Part shown: piece after piece, positions 31,005-42,158 of the stretch
Layout: each line of letters starts with the position of its first letter
How positions within the stretch are numbered: the stretch's first letter is position 1
Program-made: the position numbers and the translations under genes
Notes under the pieces: generated by a model
Seen by the model: the letters and a program-made list of their open reading frames with translations, nothing else
Database searches by the model: none
What the model was told of the DNA's origin: nothing
Source of the DNA: an uncultured Candidatus Rokubacteria bacterium
GTDB taxonomy: Bacteria > Methylomirabilota > Methylomirabilia > Rokubacteriales > DASRDR01
Assembly: GCA_963805625.1 (NCBI GenBank)
Contig: CAWDVE010000010.1
Coordinates: forward strand, 320,001-384,000
Direction of reading: 5' to 3'
Length of the DNA stretch: 64,000 nt

Positions 31005-33681
31005 GTGACCCTAGAAGACCTCCAGCCCGACGCCACCGTCCGCGGCATCCTGCCGGACGCCGTGGTAACGGTCGTCACCGTCCAGTGGCACGGGTCGGAC
31101 GCCCTGACGCTCGTCTACCGGGGACCCCACGGCCGCGTCGCCGACGAGATCCTCTATCGCCACGACGAGCCGCGCCTGGAGATCGCCAAGACCGGCCGAC
31201 CGTGGAGCTTCGACGGTGACGGCGCACTCTTCCGCCTCGTGTCGGAGGCGCACCGGATCCGCCTCGCGCACCTCTTCGACCCCGTGCTGGCGGTGCATAC
31301 CTCGCTCGTGGACCCACTGCCGCACCAGATCACGGCCGTCTATGAGGCCATGCTGCCGCGCCAGCCGCTCCGCTTCCTGCTCGCTGACGACCCGGGCGCG
31401 GGCAAGACGATCATGGCGGGCCTGTTCATCAAGGAGCTGATCGCCCGCGGCGATCTCCGGCGCTGCCTCGTGGTCTGCCCCGGCAGCCTTGCCGAGCAGT
31501 GGCAGAACGAGCTCCATCGCCGCTTCCACCTGCCGTTCGAGATCCTGACCAACGACAAGCTCGAGGCCGCGCGCACCGGGAACTGGTTCCTGGAGAACGA
31601 CCTCGCCATCGCCCGGCTCGACAAGCTCTCCCGCAACGAAGACGTGCCGCAGAAGCTGGCCGCCCCGGACTGCCGCTACGACCTCGTGGTCTGCGACGAG
31701 GCGCACAAGCTGTCGGCCACCTTCTTCGGCGGTCAGGTCAAGTACACCAAACGCTACCGGCTCGGGCAGCTCCTCTCCGGGCTCACGCGGCACTTCCTGC
31801 TGATGACGGCGACACCCCACAACGGCAAGGAAGAAGACTTCCAGCTCTTCCTCGCGTTGCTCGACGGGGACCGCGTCGCCGCCGCGAGCGACTCGAGAGG
31901 CGCCTCCGCGAACTGGAGCTCTTGCAGCGCGGCACCGCGGCGTCGCCGGTGGCGCCGGCCCCGACACTGGGCGGCCCCGAGCTGGACGCCGACGACGTCG
32001 AGGACCTCGAGGACGCGCCGGAGCGCGAGGTCGAGGCCGCCGAAGAGGAGATCCTCGATCAGGCCACGGCGGCGGCGACGCTCGCGGAGCTCAAGATCGA
32101 GATCGCCACGCTTCAGCACCTCGAAGGGCTGGCCGCCGAGGTTCGCCGAAGCGGCCAGGACACCAAGTGGCGCGAGCTCGCGCACCTGCTCGGCGAGATC
32201 TTCACCCCGGGCGGCCTGGGCGGGCAGATCGGTGAGGCCACGGTGCCCTACGGCGCGGGACCGATCCCCAGGCCCGCTCCCTCGCCGTGGCAGAAGCTCG
32301 TCGTCTTCACCGAGCACAAAGACACCCTGGCCTACCTCGAGCGCCAGATCGGATCGCTCCTCGGCCGCCCGGACGCGCTCGTCGTGATCCACGGCAGCAT
32401 TGGCCGTGAGGATCGGCGCAAGGCGCAGGAGACCTTCCTGCATGACCCGGAGGTCCGGGTGCTCGTCGCCACCGACGCCGCCGGCGAGGGGATCAACCTC
32501 CAGCGGGCGCACCTCATGGTGAACTACGACCTGCCGTGGAACCCGAACCGCCTCGAGCAGCGATTCGGCCGCATCCACCGTATCGGCCAGACCGAGGTCT
32601 GCCACCTGTGGAACCTTGTCGCCGAGGAAACCCGGGAGGGTGACGTCTACCGGCGGCTCCTGGAGAAGCTCGAGGAGGCGCGCCAGGCGCTCGGCGGGCA
32701 GGTGTTCGACGTCCTCGGCAAGCTCCAGTTCGAGGGCAAGCCACTGCGCGAGCTCCTGATCGAGGCCATCCGCTACGGCGACCAGCCCGAGGTGCGGGCG
32801 CGCCTCACGCGTGCCATCGAGCATGGCGTGGACCGCCCACACCTGGTGACCCTGATCGAGGAGCGCGCGCTGGCCCACGGACGCGATGGACTCGAGCCGC
32901 GTGGCCCGCGTGCGCGAGGAGATGGAGCGCGCCGAGGCGCGGCGCCTCCAGCCGCACTACATCGAGTCGTTCTTCCTCGAGGCCTTCAAGCGCCTGGGGG
33001 AAGCGCCCGCCAGCGCGAGCCGCGCCGCTACGAGGTCAGCCATGTCCCGGCGCCGGTGCGCAGCCGTGACCGCCAGATCGGGGCGGGCGACCCGGTGCTC
33101 GCGGCTACGAGCGCATCGCCTTCGAGAAGGAGCTAATCGCCCCACCGGGTCAGCCGCTCGCCGCCTTCGTCTGCCCCGGCCACCCGCTCCTGGATGCCGT
33201 GCTCGACCTCACGCTCGAGCGGCACCGCGACCTCCTGAAGCGCGGGACGGTACTCGTGGACACGCGCGACCCTGGCACGAGCCCGCGCATGCTGTTCACG
33301 ATCGAGCACGCCATCCAGGACGCGAGCGTGCTCCCCTCCGGCGACCGACGCGCCATCTCGCGGCGGCTCCTCTACGTCGAGATGGACGCCGCGGGGAAGG
33401 CCCGCCACCCCCACTATGCCCCCTACCTCGACTACCGGCCGCTCGAGGATGGCGAGCCTTCCGTAGCCGACGTCCTAGCCCGTCCCGAGTGCGCCTGGAT
33501 CACCCGCGACCTGGAGCGGATGGCCCTCGGCCACGCCATCCAGACGGTGGTCCCCGAGCACATGGCCGAGGTGAAGGGTCGGCGGCTCCAGTGGATCGGG
33601 AAGACCCGGGTGGCCGTCAAGGACCGCTTGACCAAGGAGATCGCATCCTGGTCCTCGCGAGACGCGGCCAGGACGACCTAG
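31005..33681 (+). pseudogene. SNF2-family helicase of defence-associated type, with deletion and frameshifts
   Basis: PLPHQ, LLADDPGAGKT, DEAH, MTATPH, ATDAAGEGINLQ, WNPNRLEQRFGRIHRIGQ over several frames; C-terminus missing. Confidence 0.85.
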
Positions 33682-33846
33682 CCGCGCTCTTCGCTGTAGT
33701 CACGGCTGTAGTCAATGGCCGCGTCAAAGGGCCACTATTCGGCTTCTACCTGGCCACCATTCGGCCGCCGCATGAGGCCAGAATATCCCAACAATCGCGT
33801 GGCCTAAGCCACCATGGCGCCGCGTGTTCGCGCGCATAAACCAAAT

Positions 33847-33892
33847 TTTCCTAAACCCTGGGCCGGGTGTTCGATTCACCCCGGGGGCACCA
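33847..33892 (+). repeat. tRNA-Arg(CCT) 3'-half duplicate (att junction)
   Basis: Identical to 14283-14328. Confidence 0.95.
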
Positions 33893-33989
33893 TTTTTCCG
33901 ATACTTAGCGACGGTCCCGCCGAGGACCCCGCATGCCGGCGCCACTTCTGGTGCCACTTGCTCCAGGTCCCACCCTAGGCGCGCGTGGT

Positions 33990-34240
33990 TCGGCCCTCTC
34001 AGGCCTTGAGCAATGCGTCCTTGCCGTCGCCGCGGGCGATACCTTCGACCAAGCGGGCCTTCCGGCCTTCAATTAGTTAGTCACAGCTCCCGCTCTATCG
34101 TCGTTCGCTGGTCGAGTTGGCGCTCATGCCCCGCACGAAGTCGAGCCAGTGCCTCATCCGCGGCGGCTTCAAGCGCTCGTGCATCCAGGACGTTGCAGAT
34201 GGACTGCACAAGCGCCTCGTCGAGCGCGTCCTGGGGTATC
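33990..34240 (-). pseudogene. possible large serine recombinase C-terminal coiled-coil fragment
   Basis: IPQDALDEALVQSICNVLD..IEREL*LIEGRKARLVEGIARG with internal stops. Confidence 0.4.
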
Positions 34241-34451
34241 TGAAAGGCGTTGTTGCAGATGGTCGTACCACCGCTCGGCGGCGGTCCGCACGGCGCCGCT
34301 CCACGGACGCCGCACGGTCGGGACGACGCCGATCGCCGATCCGGCGATCCCAGATGAGCTCCACGTCGCGGCGGAACCGGGAGGCTACCGTCCCCTGGAC
34401 GAGCTGGGAGGTCCGGCCGGCGGCGCGGCTCACGACAACGAGGATCGCCAT
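34095..34451 (-). CDS. small DRR/ERR-repeat hypothetical protein (3' end uncertain)
   Basis: VELIWDRRIGDRR..VERRRADRR motif. Confidence 0.45.
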   Translation of the reverse strand: MAILVVVSRAAGRTSQLVQGTVASRFRRDVELIWDRRIGDRRRPDRAASVERRRADRRRAVVRPSATTPFRYPRTRSTRRLCSPSATSWMHERLKPPRMRHWLDFVRGMSANSTSERR

Positions 34452-34661
34452 CGTATCGACCCCGACCCTAACAGAGAGCCGACCCCTGGCGGCAGACGGG
34501 CTCCTACGCCGCTGAAGTCGCTGTGACTGTGGGGAGCCCAGACCGTTTTCGCGCCGCCTCGCAGCTCAGCGTGCAGCGATTTTGACTCCCGCCGGATCCA
34601 GCCGGACAATCGGAATGGTCAGCGCAGTGGATCAGCCGAATCCACCGAGCCGGAGGTTCCT

Positions 34662-35168
34662 ATGGCCGACATCGAGGGAGAGCGACCCCGCGCGACCGTG
34701 GGCAGCGACGCGGGCGACGTGACGGCGCAAGAGGTGACGATCCGGCAGGGCGGGGCCCGCTCCATCGCCGCCCGGGAGGTGACCATTCGGCAGGGCGGGG
34801 CCGGCCGAGTCGACGCGCAGAAGGTCGAGGTCACGCAGGGCGGCGTGGTCCTGGCCTCGACGAAGGAGCTGGAGGTCACCGCCGGCGGGATCGTGGCCGC
34901 GATCGCCGATACCGCCACCCTGGAGCAGAGCTGGGCCCAGGTGGTGGTCGGCCGGGAGTCGGTGACCCTGGACCAGGCGGCCGGTGGCCTCGTCGCATCG
35001 AAGACCGTCCACGCCCGCGACAGCGCCATCGGCCTCGTCCTCGCGCGCGACTTTCAGGGTGAGGGGGTCCGTGTGCTCATGGGCCCGCGGGCCGCGCTCG
35101 CCTTTGGCGCTGGCCTGGGCCTCGCCCTCGCGCTTGTCGCCGTCGCGCGCCGCCCGCGCCGGGACTGA
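34662..35168 (+). CDS. hypothetical repeat (beta-solenoid-like) protein with C-terminal TM anchor
   Basis: GGAGG RBS; about 15-aa repeats AxEVTIRQGGA; TM helix plus RRPRR tail. Confidence 0.7.
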   Translation: MADIEGERPRATVGSDAGDVTAQEVTIRQGGARSIAAREVTIRQGGAGRVDAQKVEVTQGGVVLASTKELEVTAGGIVAAIADTATLEQSWAQVVVGRESVTLDQAAGGLVASKTVHARDSAIGLVLARDFQGEGVRVLMGPRAALAFGAGLGLALALVAVARRPRRD

Positions 35169-35681
35169 CCCCCGCGGTTTCGATGGGTGTCCCACGCCCA
35201 GCCGAGGCTCGCCGTCAAGGAGACGCAGGCCAACGGTGGGTGCAGCGGCTGGGCCTCGCGGTCGGCGCGCTATGCGCACTGGCGCTGCTGGGTGCGGGAC
35301 CGTGAAGCACCGTCTGGCCGAAAGAGCTCGCCCGGCTCGGCGCGAAGCGCCCGGCAGAGCTGCGCCAGCGTCCGGAGGGTCAACGCAGGGGTTTCCGGTG
35401 CCCGGCGGAGTACCGGGCGACCTTAGAACTCGTGCTCCCATCTGTCTAGCGAACTGGGGAGCAGATCACGACGTCAGGCGGTCGCCTGGGCGACAGGCGG
35501 CCGCCGGCGGGCCTGCGTTCCGCGAGGCTGCCAGCCCTAAACGCCCGTCGTGAGACCAGGGGCAGTCAGGGCGCGTTTCGGCCGATCGCGCTCGGCACCG
35601 GATTGTCGGCGCGATCCGCCAGGCCCTTCCCGAGGTCTGCCCCCACCGACGATCCCGCGCGCGCGACGTATCATCACATGC

Positions 35682-36314
35682 ATGGGCGCGGCCATCCGTC
35701 TCGAGCGCGAGATGCCCGTCGCCGGCCAGGCCGGCTGCGCTACCGTGATCGGGATCGTCCTCGCCGTCGCTGGAATCGCGATCGTCCTCGCCATGCGGAG
35801 CCAGGGGTCCCGCGGCGGGGAAAACGAATGGGTCGTGTACGCCGTCGGCGGCGGCTTCGGGCTGATCGGGCTGCTGACGGCGGTGCTCGGGATCAAGATG
35901 TTCCTGATGATGCGACTACCCGAGACGATCGTGGAGGTCGACCGGATGCCCGTTCACGTCGACGAGCCGTTCCAGCTGACGGTTCGCCAGCCGGGCCCGA
36001 TCCGACTCTCGTCGCTCCGCGTGAACCTGGTGTGCGAGCAAACGACGACGCGCCAGGTGCGGCGGGCGGGAGGGACGAGAACGGACCGGGATCAACGGCT
36101 CATCCACCAGGCCAACGTCCTGGACCTGAGAGACGCCGCCGCCGGCCGGGGCAAGGAGGTCGTCGGGCACGCCACGGTCACCGTGCCGGCCGACGTGCAG
36201 CTCGCTGACATCGAGGGGCACACGGTGGTCGTCTGGCGCCTCGAGGTTTGGGGACGCGTGCGCGGATGGGCCAACTTCGGGCACCCATTTGTCATTCAGG
36301 TCCTGGACAGCTGA
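35682..36314 (+). CDS. hypothetical membrane protein
   Basis: Two TM helices followed by a beta-rich domain. Confidence 0.6.
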   Translation: MGAAIRLEREMPVAGQAGCATVIGIVLAVAGIAIVLAMRSQGSRGGENEWVVYAVGGGFGLIGLLTAVLGIKMFLMMRLPETIVEVDRMPVHVDEPFQLTVRQPGPIRLSSLRVNLVCEQTTTRQVRRAGGTRTDRDQRLIHQANVLDLRDAAAGRGKEVVGHATVTVPADVQLADIEGHTVVVWRLEVWGRVRGWANFGHPFVIQVLDS

Positions 36315-36489
36315 CGCACTTCGCCTCGATCGTGCGGAGCGCAATGCTCAAGGGCAGCGGCCTGGCAGCCCGCGCTGCCCGGCTCGCAGCGCGACGAGCT
36401 CGGCCTGGGTCCGCCGGGTCGGACCGTCGCGGAGATCAGCTCAACTGCTTGCGGAACCGCCAGACGCTGGGAGCGAGGCGAGCACCACC

Positions 36490-37186
36490 GTGAAGATCGA
36501 CAGGGCGAGCAGAGCGGGGCGAGTGGCTTCGCGCTCGCTCTCACCCCGAGCGCGTATGGCACGGCCCTCTACACCGCCTCCATTGAGGCAGACATCGGCT
36601 TCTCCGGTCAGTTCGGCGACGTCGAACTGCTTAATTTTCAGTTCGCCCTTGTCACCGCCCCCAGCGACTTTACTCCCAATCCCGGGGCGTTTGCGTCTTC
36701 GGCGGCTAGCGTCGATCTTTCCGCTCTCACCGTGTCCGCAGGGGCTTTCGGCAACACCGATGGGCCGCCGTCGGAGGCGACATCGTTCGCCTCGAGCACG
36801 ATTGCGTTCGACGTGCACAATCCCACCGAGGAGGAGATCTCGGTGGGCTCACGCTGGCACAATCGCATGCCTTCCTGGGCGCTGTGGATGATCCGGCGTC
36901 GGAGGTTGCCGGCATCTTGATGACCCTCTTGTTCACGGTCGGCGGCCAGGCGCCCTTCCAGACCACCATCAATCAGGAGACGCCGCCGAACTTTGACACC
37001 TTCTTCCCTTCCTCGTTCTCCTCCCCCACCTTTCAGATCGGCCCGGACGGAACGGTGCCCGTCAGTTTGCAAGTGACCGCCTTCGGCCTTGTCCAGGCCG
37101 TTCCTGAACCCGCTTCGCTCGTGCTGATTAGCGCCGGCGTCGCTGGGCTCGTAGCGCTCCGCTGGAGACCACAGCTCCGCCCGTAG
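36490..37186 (+). pseudogene. PEP-CTERM protein, frameshifted
   Basis: Signal-like ALALTPSAYG, body split over frames, C-terminal VPEPASLVLISAGVAGLVALRWR. Confidence 0.8.
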
Positions 37187-37619
37187 TCACCCGAGCCTCG
37201 CGGGGTTCTTCGGTTGTTCCGGAGGCCAGAGCGGTGTCGGTTCCACTGGGACCCGTCTAGGGACCGTTCCGACCCTACCGGACCCGGTCCCGAGCGCCAG
37301 CCGGTCTCCTACGCCGCTGAAGTCGCGCTGTGCGCCGTGCCGGGGCCCTTCTGGCGGACGGCCTCTCACTCTCGGTAGAAGGGAACCCGCCTCGCCTGGC
37401 TCGCAGTGCGGATCGCCCGGTCGGCCGCGTGAACGCACAGCTGGCCCGTGCGTCCGCGCGGTCGCCGGGCCTGGGCTACTGGCTCGGGAAGACCCCGAGT
37501 GGCGACACGTCGAAGGGAACGTAGCCGGAGGCGATCTCCACCGGGCTCTCGTCGTCCTCCGAAGGCGCCATGGCCTTGGCGAACCCGCCTCCGCCGGGGC
37601 CGGGCGTGAAGAGGAACCT

Positions 37620-38504
37620 TTGAAGTTTATCGAGCACCGGATTGCGGACCGGCGCGTCGTGCGGCTGATCCAGAAGTGGCTGAACGCTGGCGTGCTGGAG
37701 GACGGGGCGTGGACGAGGAGTGAAACGGGCACGCCCCAGGGGGGCAGCATTTCGCCACTCCTGGCCAACGTGTACCTGCACTACGCGTTCGACCTCTGGG
37801 CTCAGCGGTGGCGGAAGACGCAGGCCCACGGCGACATGATCGTCGTGCGGTACGCGGACGACTTCATCGTGGGGTTTCAGCACCAGGCGGAGGCCGAGCG
37901 GTTCCTGGCCGAGCTGCGCGAGCGATTCACGAAGTTCGGCCTGGAGCTGCATCCCGAGAAGACCCGACTGCTGGAGTTCGGCCCGTCTGCGGCCGAGCGC
38001 CGGCGGCGGGCCGGCAAGGGAAAGCCGGAGACGTTCGACTTCCTCGGCTTCACGCACATCTGCGGGAAGAAGCGGAGTGGACGGTTCACGGTGGTGAGGC
38101 AGACGATCCGGAAGAGGGTGCAGGCAAAGCTGCGCGAGGTGAAAGCCGAGCTCCGGCGACGCCTGCACGACCCGATCCCAGTGGTGGGTGCATGGCTGCG
38201 TCAGGTTGTGAGTGGGCACATCCGCTACTACGGGGTGCCCATGAACAGCCCGGCGATAGGCATGTTTCGGTTCCGGGTCGGCTGGCTCTGGCACCGCGCG
38301 CTGGCGCGGCGCAGTCACACAGGGCATGTCTCCTGGGAGCGGATGCGCCGGCTCGTCGAGCGGTGGCTGCCCCCCGCGCGCATTTGTCACCCCTATCCCC
38401 TGAGGCGACTTGGCGTTGTCACCTGAGGCAAGAGCCGGATGCGGTAATGCCGCTCGTCCGGATCCGTGGAGGGGGTTACGAGCAATCGTCATCTCTACTC
38501 CGAC
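37620..38504 (+). mobile_element. group II intron 3' fragment (RT/maturase C-half 37620-38426 plus domains V-VI)
   Basis: GTPQGG, RYADD, FDFLGFTH; DV GAGCCGGATGCGGTAATGCCGCTCGTCCGGATC at 38432-38464; DVI ending CTACTCCGAC. Confidence 0.92.
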
Positions 38505-39296
38505 TTTCTCGGTCTTCACCGGGCGAGGATAACGAGGAGCACGAGCGGTGACTACCGCGCTCCGGCCCCGAGCGCCAGATGGACCCTTACAGCTGTCTGC
38601 CGTTGTTGCATGTAGGTATTTCCTACATGCTGTCGCCTTCCTACCAGGGCCCACCCACCTTACCTGGACCCGACCCATCGATCCGGCTGACCTCGGTCCG
38701 TTTCCCCTGGCATTGCCTATGCCCCTAAACATGCCCGAGGGGGTGGGAAATGTGGACACGACTTATGACACCGAACGAGCGACGAGGACGCGGCCGCCCG
38801 AGCCGCCTGACAGCCTGACCCCGCTGTCCGAATTGACCCAGCCCATCGATCCCGACGCGGCGGACCGACGGCGCTATATGACGACGGATGAGGCGCGAAT
38901 ACCCGCTTCTCCGCATCTTCGGTCAGTGCGGGGTGGAGCACACGCCCGACCGATACCGAGACCGGCGCGGAGTTTCCGACATGCCAGAACTAGACGGCTG
39001 ACAGGGTTCCTGACGGCTCCGCGGCATTATGGGACCCGTCGGGCAGGGCGGCGAGTCGACGCCGGGGCGACACGCGGGAGGCCCGACCCGTTTAAGCCCC
39101 GGCTAAACCCGCTCAGCGGGAGGGTGTAGAAGCGGCCCGAGACGGCCCCGCCGGGGAAGCGCGTCTCCCGCCCCGCCGGGATGCCGAAGCGTTCGAGCTT
39201 CCGCCACGTCACCGGTGAGGCGGACCAGACGGACACCGACCCGTCCGCCCCGGTCCCACCGGATGACGGTCTCCTGCTCGGCGCGGGTCGGATGGT

Positions 39297-39512
39297 ATGA
39301 ACCTGCGCATGGAGCGCGAAGCGGTCACCGAAGCGGACATCGCCCGCGTCCGGCAGATCGTTCTCGACGATCTGCGGAAGGCCGAATGCACCCTCGCGGA
39401 CGCGTCGGCGGCGGTGCCGGACCCCGAACGCGCGGCGCATCTACGCGTACGCGCGGTCCGTGCGGCGATCACCAAGCTGGAAACGGCCGTCGTGCTGCCG
39501 CCGGAGCCCTGA
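39297..39512 (+). CDS. small hypothetical protein
   Basis: Helical ORF with host-like codon usage. Confidence 0.4.
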   Translation: MNLRMEREAVTEADIARVRQIVLDDLRKAECTLADASAAVPDPERAAHLRVRAVRAAITKLETAVVLPPEP

Positions 39513-39689
39513 GCAGCCGGCTCATCCGAACCGCTCCGCGCTGCCCCGGATCTCACGCGAGCCAGTATCTCCCGGACGCCCTGCCGCCCTGCCGCCCGAC
39601 GGGTTCGACGGGGTCCGCGACGGATTCTAGACTTCGGGCCCTCGACACACGCTCGGGGTACCCGATGATGACAGCCTCCCATCCTGGGA

Positions 39690-40180
39690 CGCTCCGTGCC
39701 AGTCGCCCCCGGGTCACCAGACCGCGCAGCAGGAATGCCATCACCATCGGGACGGCGGCCGCGACGAGGCCGGCGGCGTTCAGGATCCCCCAATCCGGCT
39801 CGCGCCAAGATGGTCATGCTGCGCGCACCGAAAGCGGGTATGCTCGCTCGCTGTTCGTCATGATGAGACCCACGATGAAATCTGACCATGCGGAGATGAA
39901 GACGAACGCCCCGGCTGCGAAGCAAGCATTCCAGGATAGTGGCATCACGATGCGCATGAAGACGGCAAACGGAGTGGCACCGTCCATCCTGGCGGCCTCT
40001 TCTAGATCGCGGAGGAATCCGCGAAAGCACCCCTCGAGTATCCAGATGGCGAAGGGGAGGAGCAATCCGGAGTGGACCAGAACGAGCCCCAGGAGGTGGT
40101 CGATAAGACCGGCCGACAGCAGGATGAGATCGATCGGGATGAGCAATGAGATGAGAGGAAGCATGCGCGAGGCGAGTAAC
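39690..40180 (-). pseudogene. carbohydrate ABC permease fragment
   Basis: EAA loop LEEAARMDGAT..F..IVMPL; FISAWSDF. Confidence 0.75.
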
Positions 40181-40610
40181 ATTCATCTCCATGATCCGGG
40201 CGAGCTGGGGGCGTTCCAGATCGAGCTGATCGCCGAGCGTACCAAGGCGCTCGGCCTCCAGGGGCGGGTCGCGATCAGCCATGCCTTCTGTCTCGGGATG
40301 CTCGACGGTGATCGCTTCGCGACACTGGTCACGTGCCCGGTGGACAATCACATCGCGATCATGACCCATGCGCCTGGGGCTCGCGCCTTCCCACCGATTC
40401 GCCCGCTCCGTGCGGCGGGCGTCACGCTGTTCTCTGGATCGGACGGCGTCCGCGATGCGTGGACTCCGTACGGCAACGCCGACATGCTAGAGGGGGCCAT
40501 GCTGCTCGGCTATCGGAGCGCCTTCCGGCGAGACGAGGAGATTCTGCTGGCCCTGGAGATGGTGACCGCGGGTGGGGCCGCGGTCATGCGCCGATCTCCG
40601 GCGGGCAGAT
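40181..40610 (+). pseudogene. amidohydrolase (cytosine deaminase-like) fragment
   Basis: IHLHD, VAISHAFCLG, GSDGVRDAWTPYGNADML. Confidence 0.75.
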
Positions 40611-40746
40611 GCTGGCCGGCCTCATCCCCGGCCGGACGCTCGACGCCCGCGGAGACGGTCTCCCGTCGAGGAGGCGCGGGAACCCGGCGGCCTCGTCCGT
40701 CGTTTCACCGGACAGGATACCCGGTGTTCCGGTGACCCCTTTGTTT

Positions 40747-42123
40747 CGCTCTCACCGGAATGTGTAGACGAGCCGGTGTTCATGCGGCCTTGCGACGACG
40801 GGTGACGGTGCCGCGCTGGACCTTGAGCAGCAGGTACTCGTGATCCCGGTAGCCCCGGCCCCGCCGCAGCATGGCGCGGAGGTTGCCGTTGATCGCCTCG
40901 ACGATGCCGAAGGGAACCTTCTCGTGGCAGTAGTTCAGGAGGCCCTCGAGGTGGCGGGTGAGCAGGCGGCCGAGCTTCTGGAACGCCGGCAGCCGCTGCC
41001 ACCGCAGGGCGCGGAGCCAAGTGCTCAGGAAACGGCGGGCGGCGCCCTCGTAGGTGTACGTCCAGAGCTGCGCGAGTTGCTCCTTGAGCAGATAGGCCTT
41101 GGCCAAGCGACGGTTGAGGGCGAAGAGCTCGCGGAGACTCTGGCGGTCGTCGCGGTCGAGGTGCGTCCAGCTTCGCAAGAGGAGCCAGCGCTTGCCGCGC
41201 ACCAGCCCCCGCGCCGCCCGACCCTGCCGGAAGAACTCGGCCCGCCGGGTCTCGTCTACGGCCTCGCTGGCGTGACGGAGGACGTGGAACTTGTCGTAGA
41301 CCAGTCAGGCGTGGGGCAGGTGCGTCTGGAGGCTTCGCCGGAAGGGCTCCCACATGTCCACGCACACGGCCCGGATGGCCCGGCGGCGGCGGAGCGGCAG
41401 GGCCTCGGCGAAGAACCGGTCCAGCGTCTCGCGCTTGCGCTCCCGGCCCACCCAGATCGGCTCCCCCGACTCCAGGTCACTGACCACGGTGAGGAACTGG
41501 ACGTCCCGGCCCACAAAGAACTCGTCCACCCCCAGGTAGTGCAGCGGGGTCCGGGGTCGGCCAGCGGCCCACCGCCGCAGCACGCGCTTGTCCAGCCGAC
41601 GGACCGTCTCCGGCGGCAGCCCCCAGCGGGCCGCCACGCGGCTCACGGGAGCCTGCTCACACTCCTGCGCCACCGCCGCCTCAACCCGGGCCGTGTAGCG
41701 CGCCTTGCCAGCCAGCCACGGGATCCGCTCGGTTCGCACCCCACAGCGGCGACAGCGAACGCGGTGGACGTCGACCACCAGCCACACCTGCCACGTCCCC
41801 CACGGCAGGTCCCGCACTCGCCGCTCCCGCCAGCTGTGGACGTCCCGACGCGGGACCCCGCAGCCCCCGCAGCGGTAGGCCGGCGCGCCCCCAGGCTGCC
41901 GCACCCAGAGCGTCAACCTCCCGACCTCGTCGTCGGCCTCCCAGGTGGTCACCTCGTACCCCGGCAGGCGCAGGATGCGTGCTACGATCTCTTCGGGCAT
42001 CGGCTCCCTCCCGTCCGTGATGGCCAGTCACGTCAGGAGGTGTACCACTTCCCGAGCCGATGCCCTGTCTCATCTCAGCCCCCGCATTCAGTCAGGGGTC
42101 CGTACACATTCCGGTGAAGAGCG
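40747..42123 (-). mobile_element. ISL3-family IS; transposase (40780-42000) has an in-frame stop at 41305
   Basis: IRs CGCTCT(T)CACCGGAATGTGTA; 8-bp TSD CTTTGTTT; GVDE, VDMW, YDKFHV motifs. Confidence 0.92.
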
Positions 42124-42158
42124 CTTTGTTTCAGTGGCCCCTTGAAGGAGGCGAAGCG

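Larger units (their letters stand above)
20772..33892. mobile_element. integrative element 3 (probably mosaic) at tRNA-Arg(CCT)
   Basis: Bounded by identical tRNA 3' halves; intact tyrosine integrase near the left end. Confidence 0.8.

Noticed and set aside
20772-33892. Additional functional tRNA-Arg genes at 20772 and 33847
   Set aside because: Only 3' halves are present, with no D-arm or 5' acceptor strand.
37620-38426. RT as a retron, DGR or defence RT
   Set aside because: It has a group II maturase domain and an adjacent canonical DV/DVI; no template/variable repeat pair was seen.
39030-39180. Possible structured ncRNA or riboswitch
   Set aside because: GC-rich hairpins without a motif I can assign; needs an Rfam scan.
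41305-41307. In-frame TGA in the ISL3 transposase as selenocysteine or recoding
   Set aside because: The position (HA*LVYDKF) aligns with Arg/Lys in the other ISL3, so a CGA-to-TGA nonsense mutation is simpler; TGA is a normal stop in the core genes.
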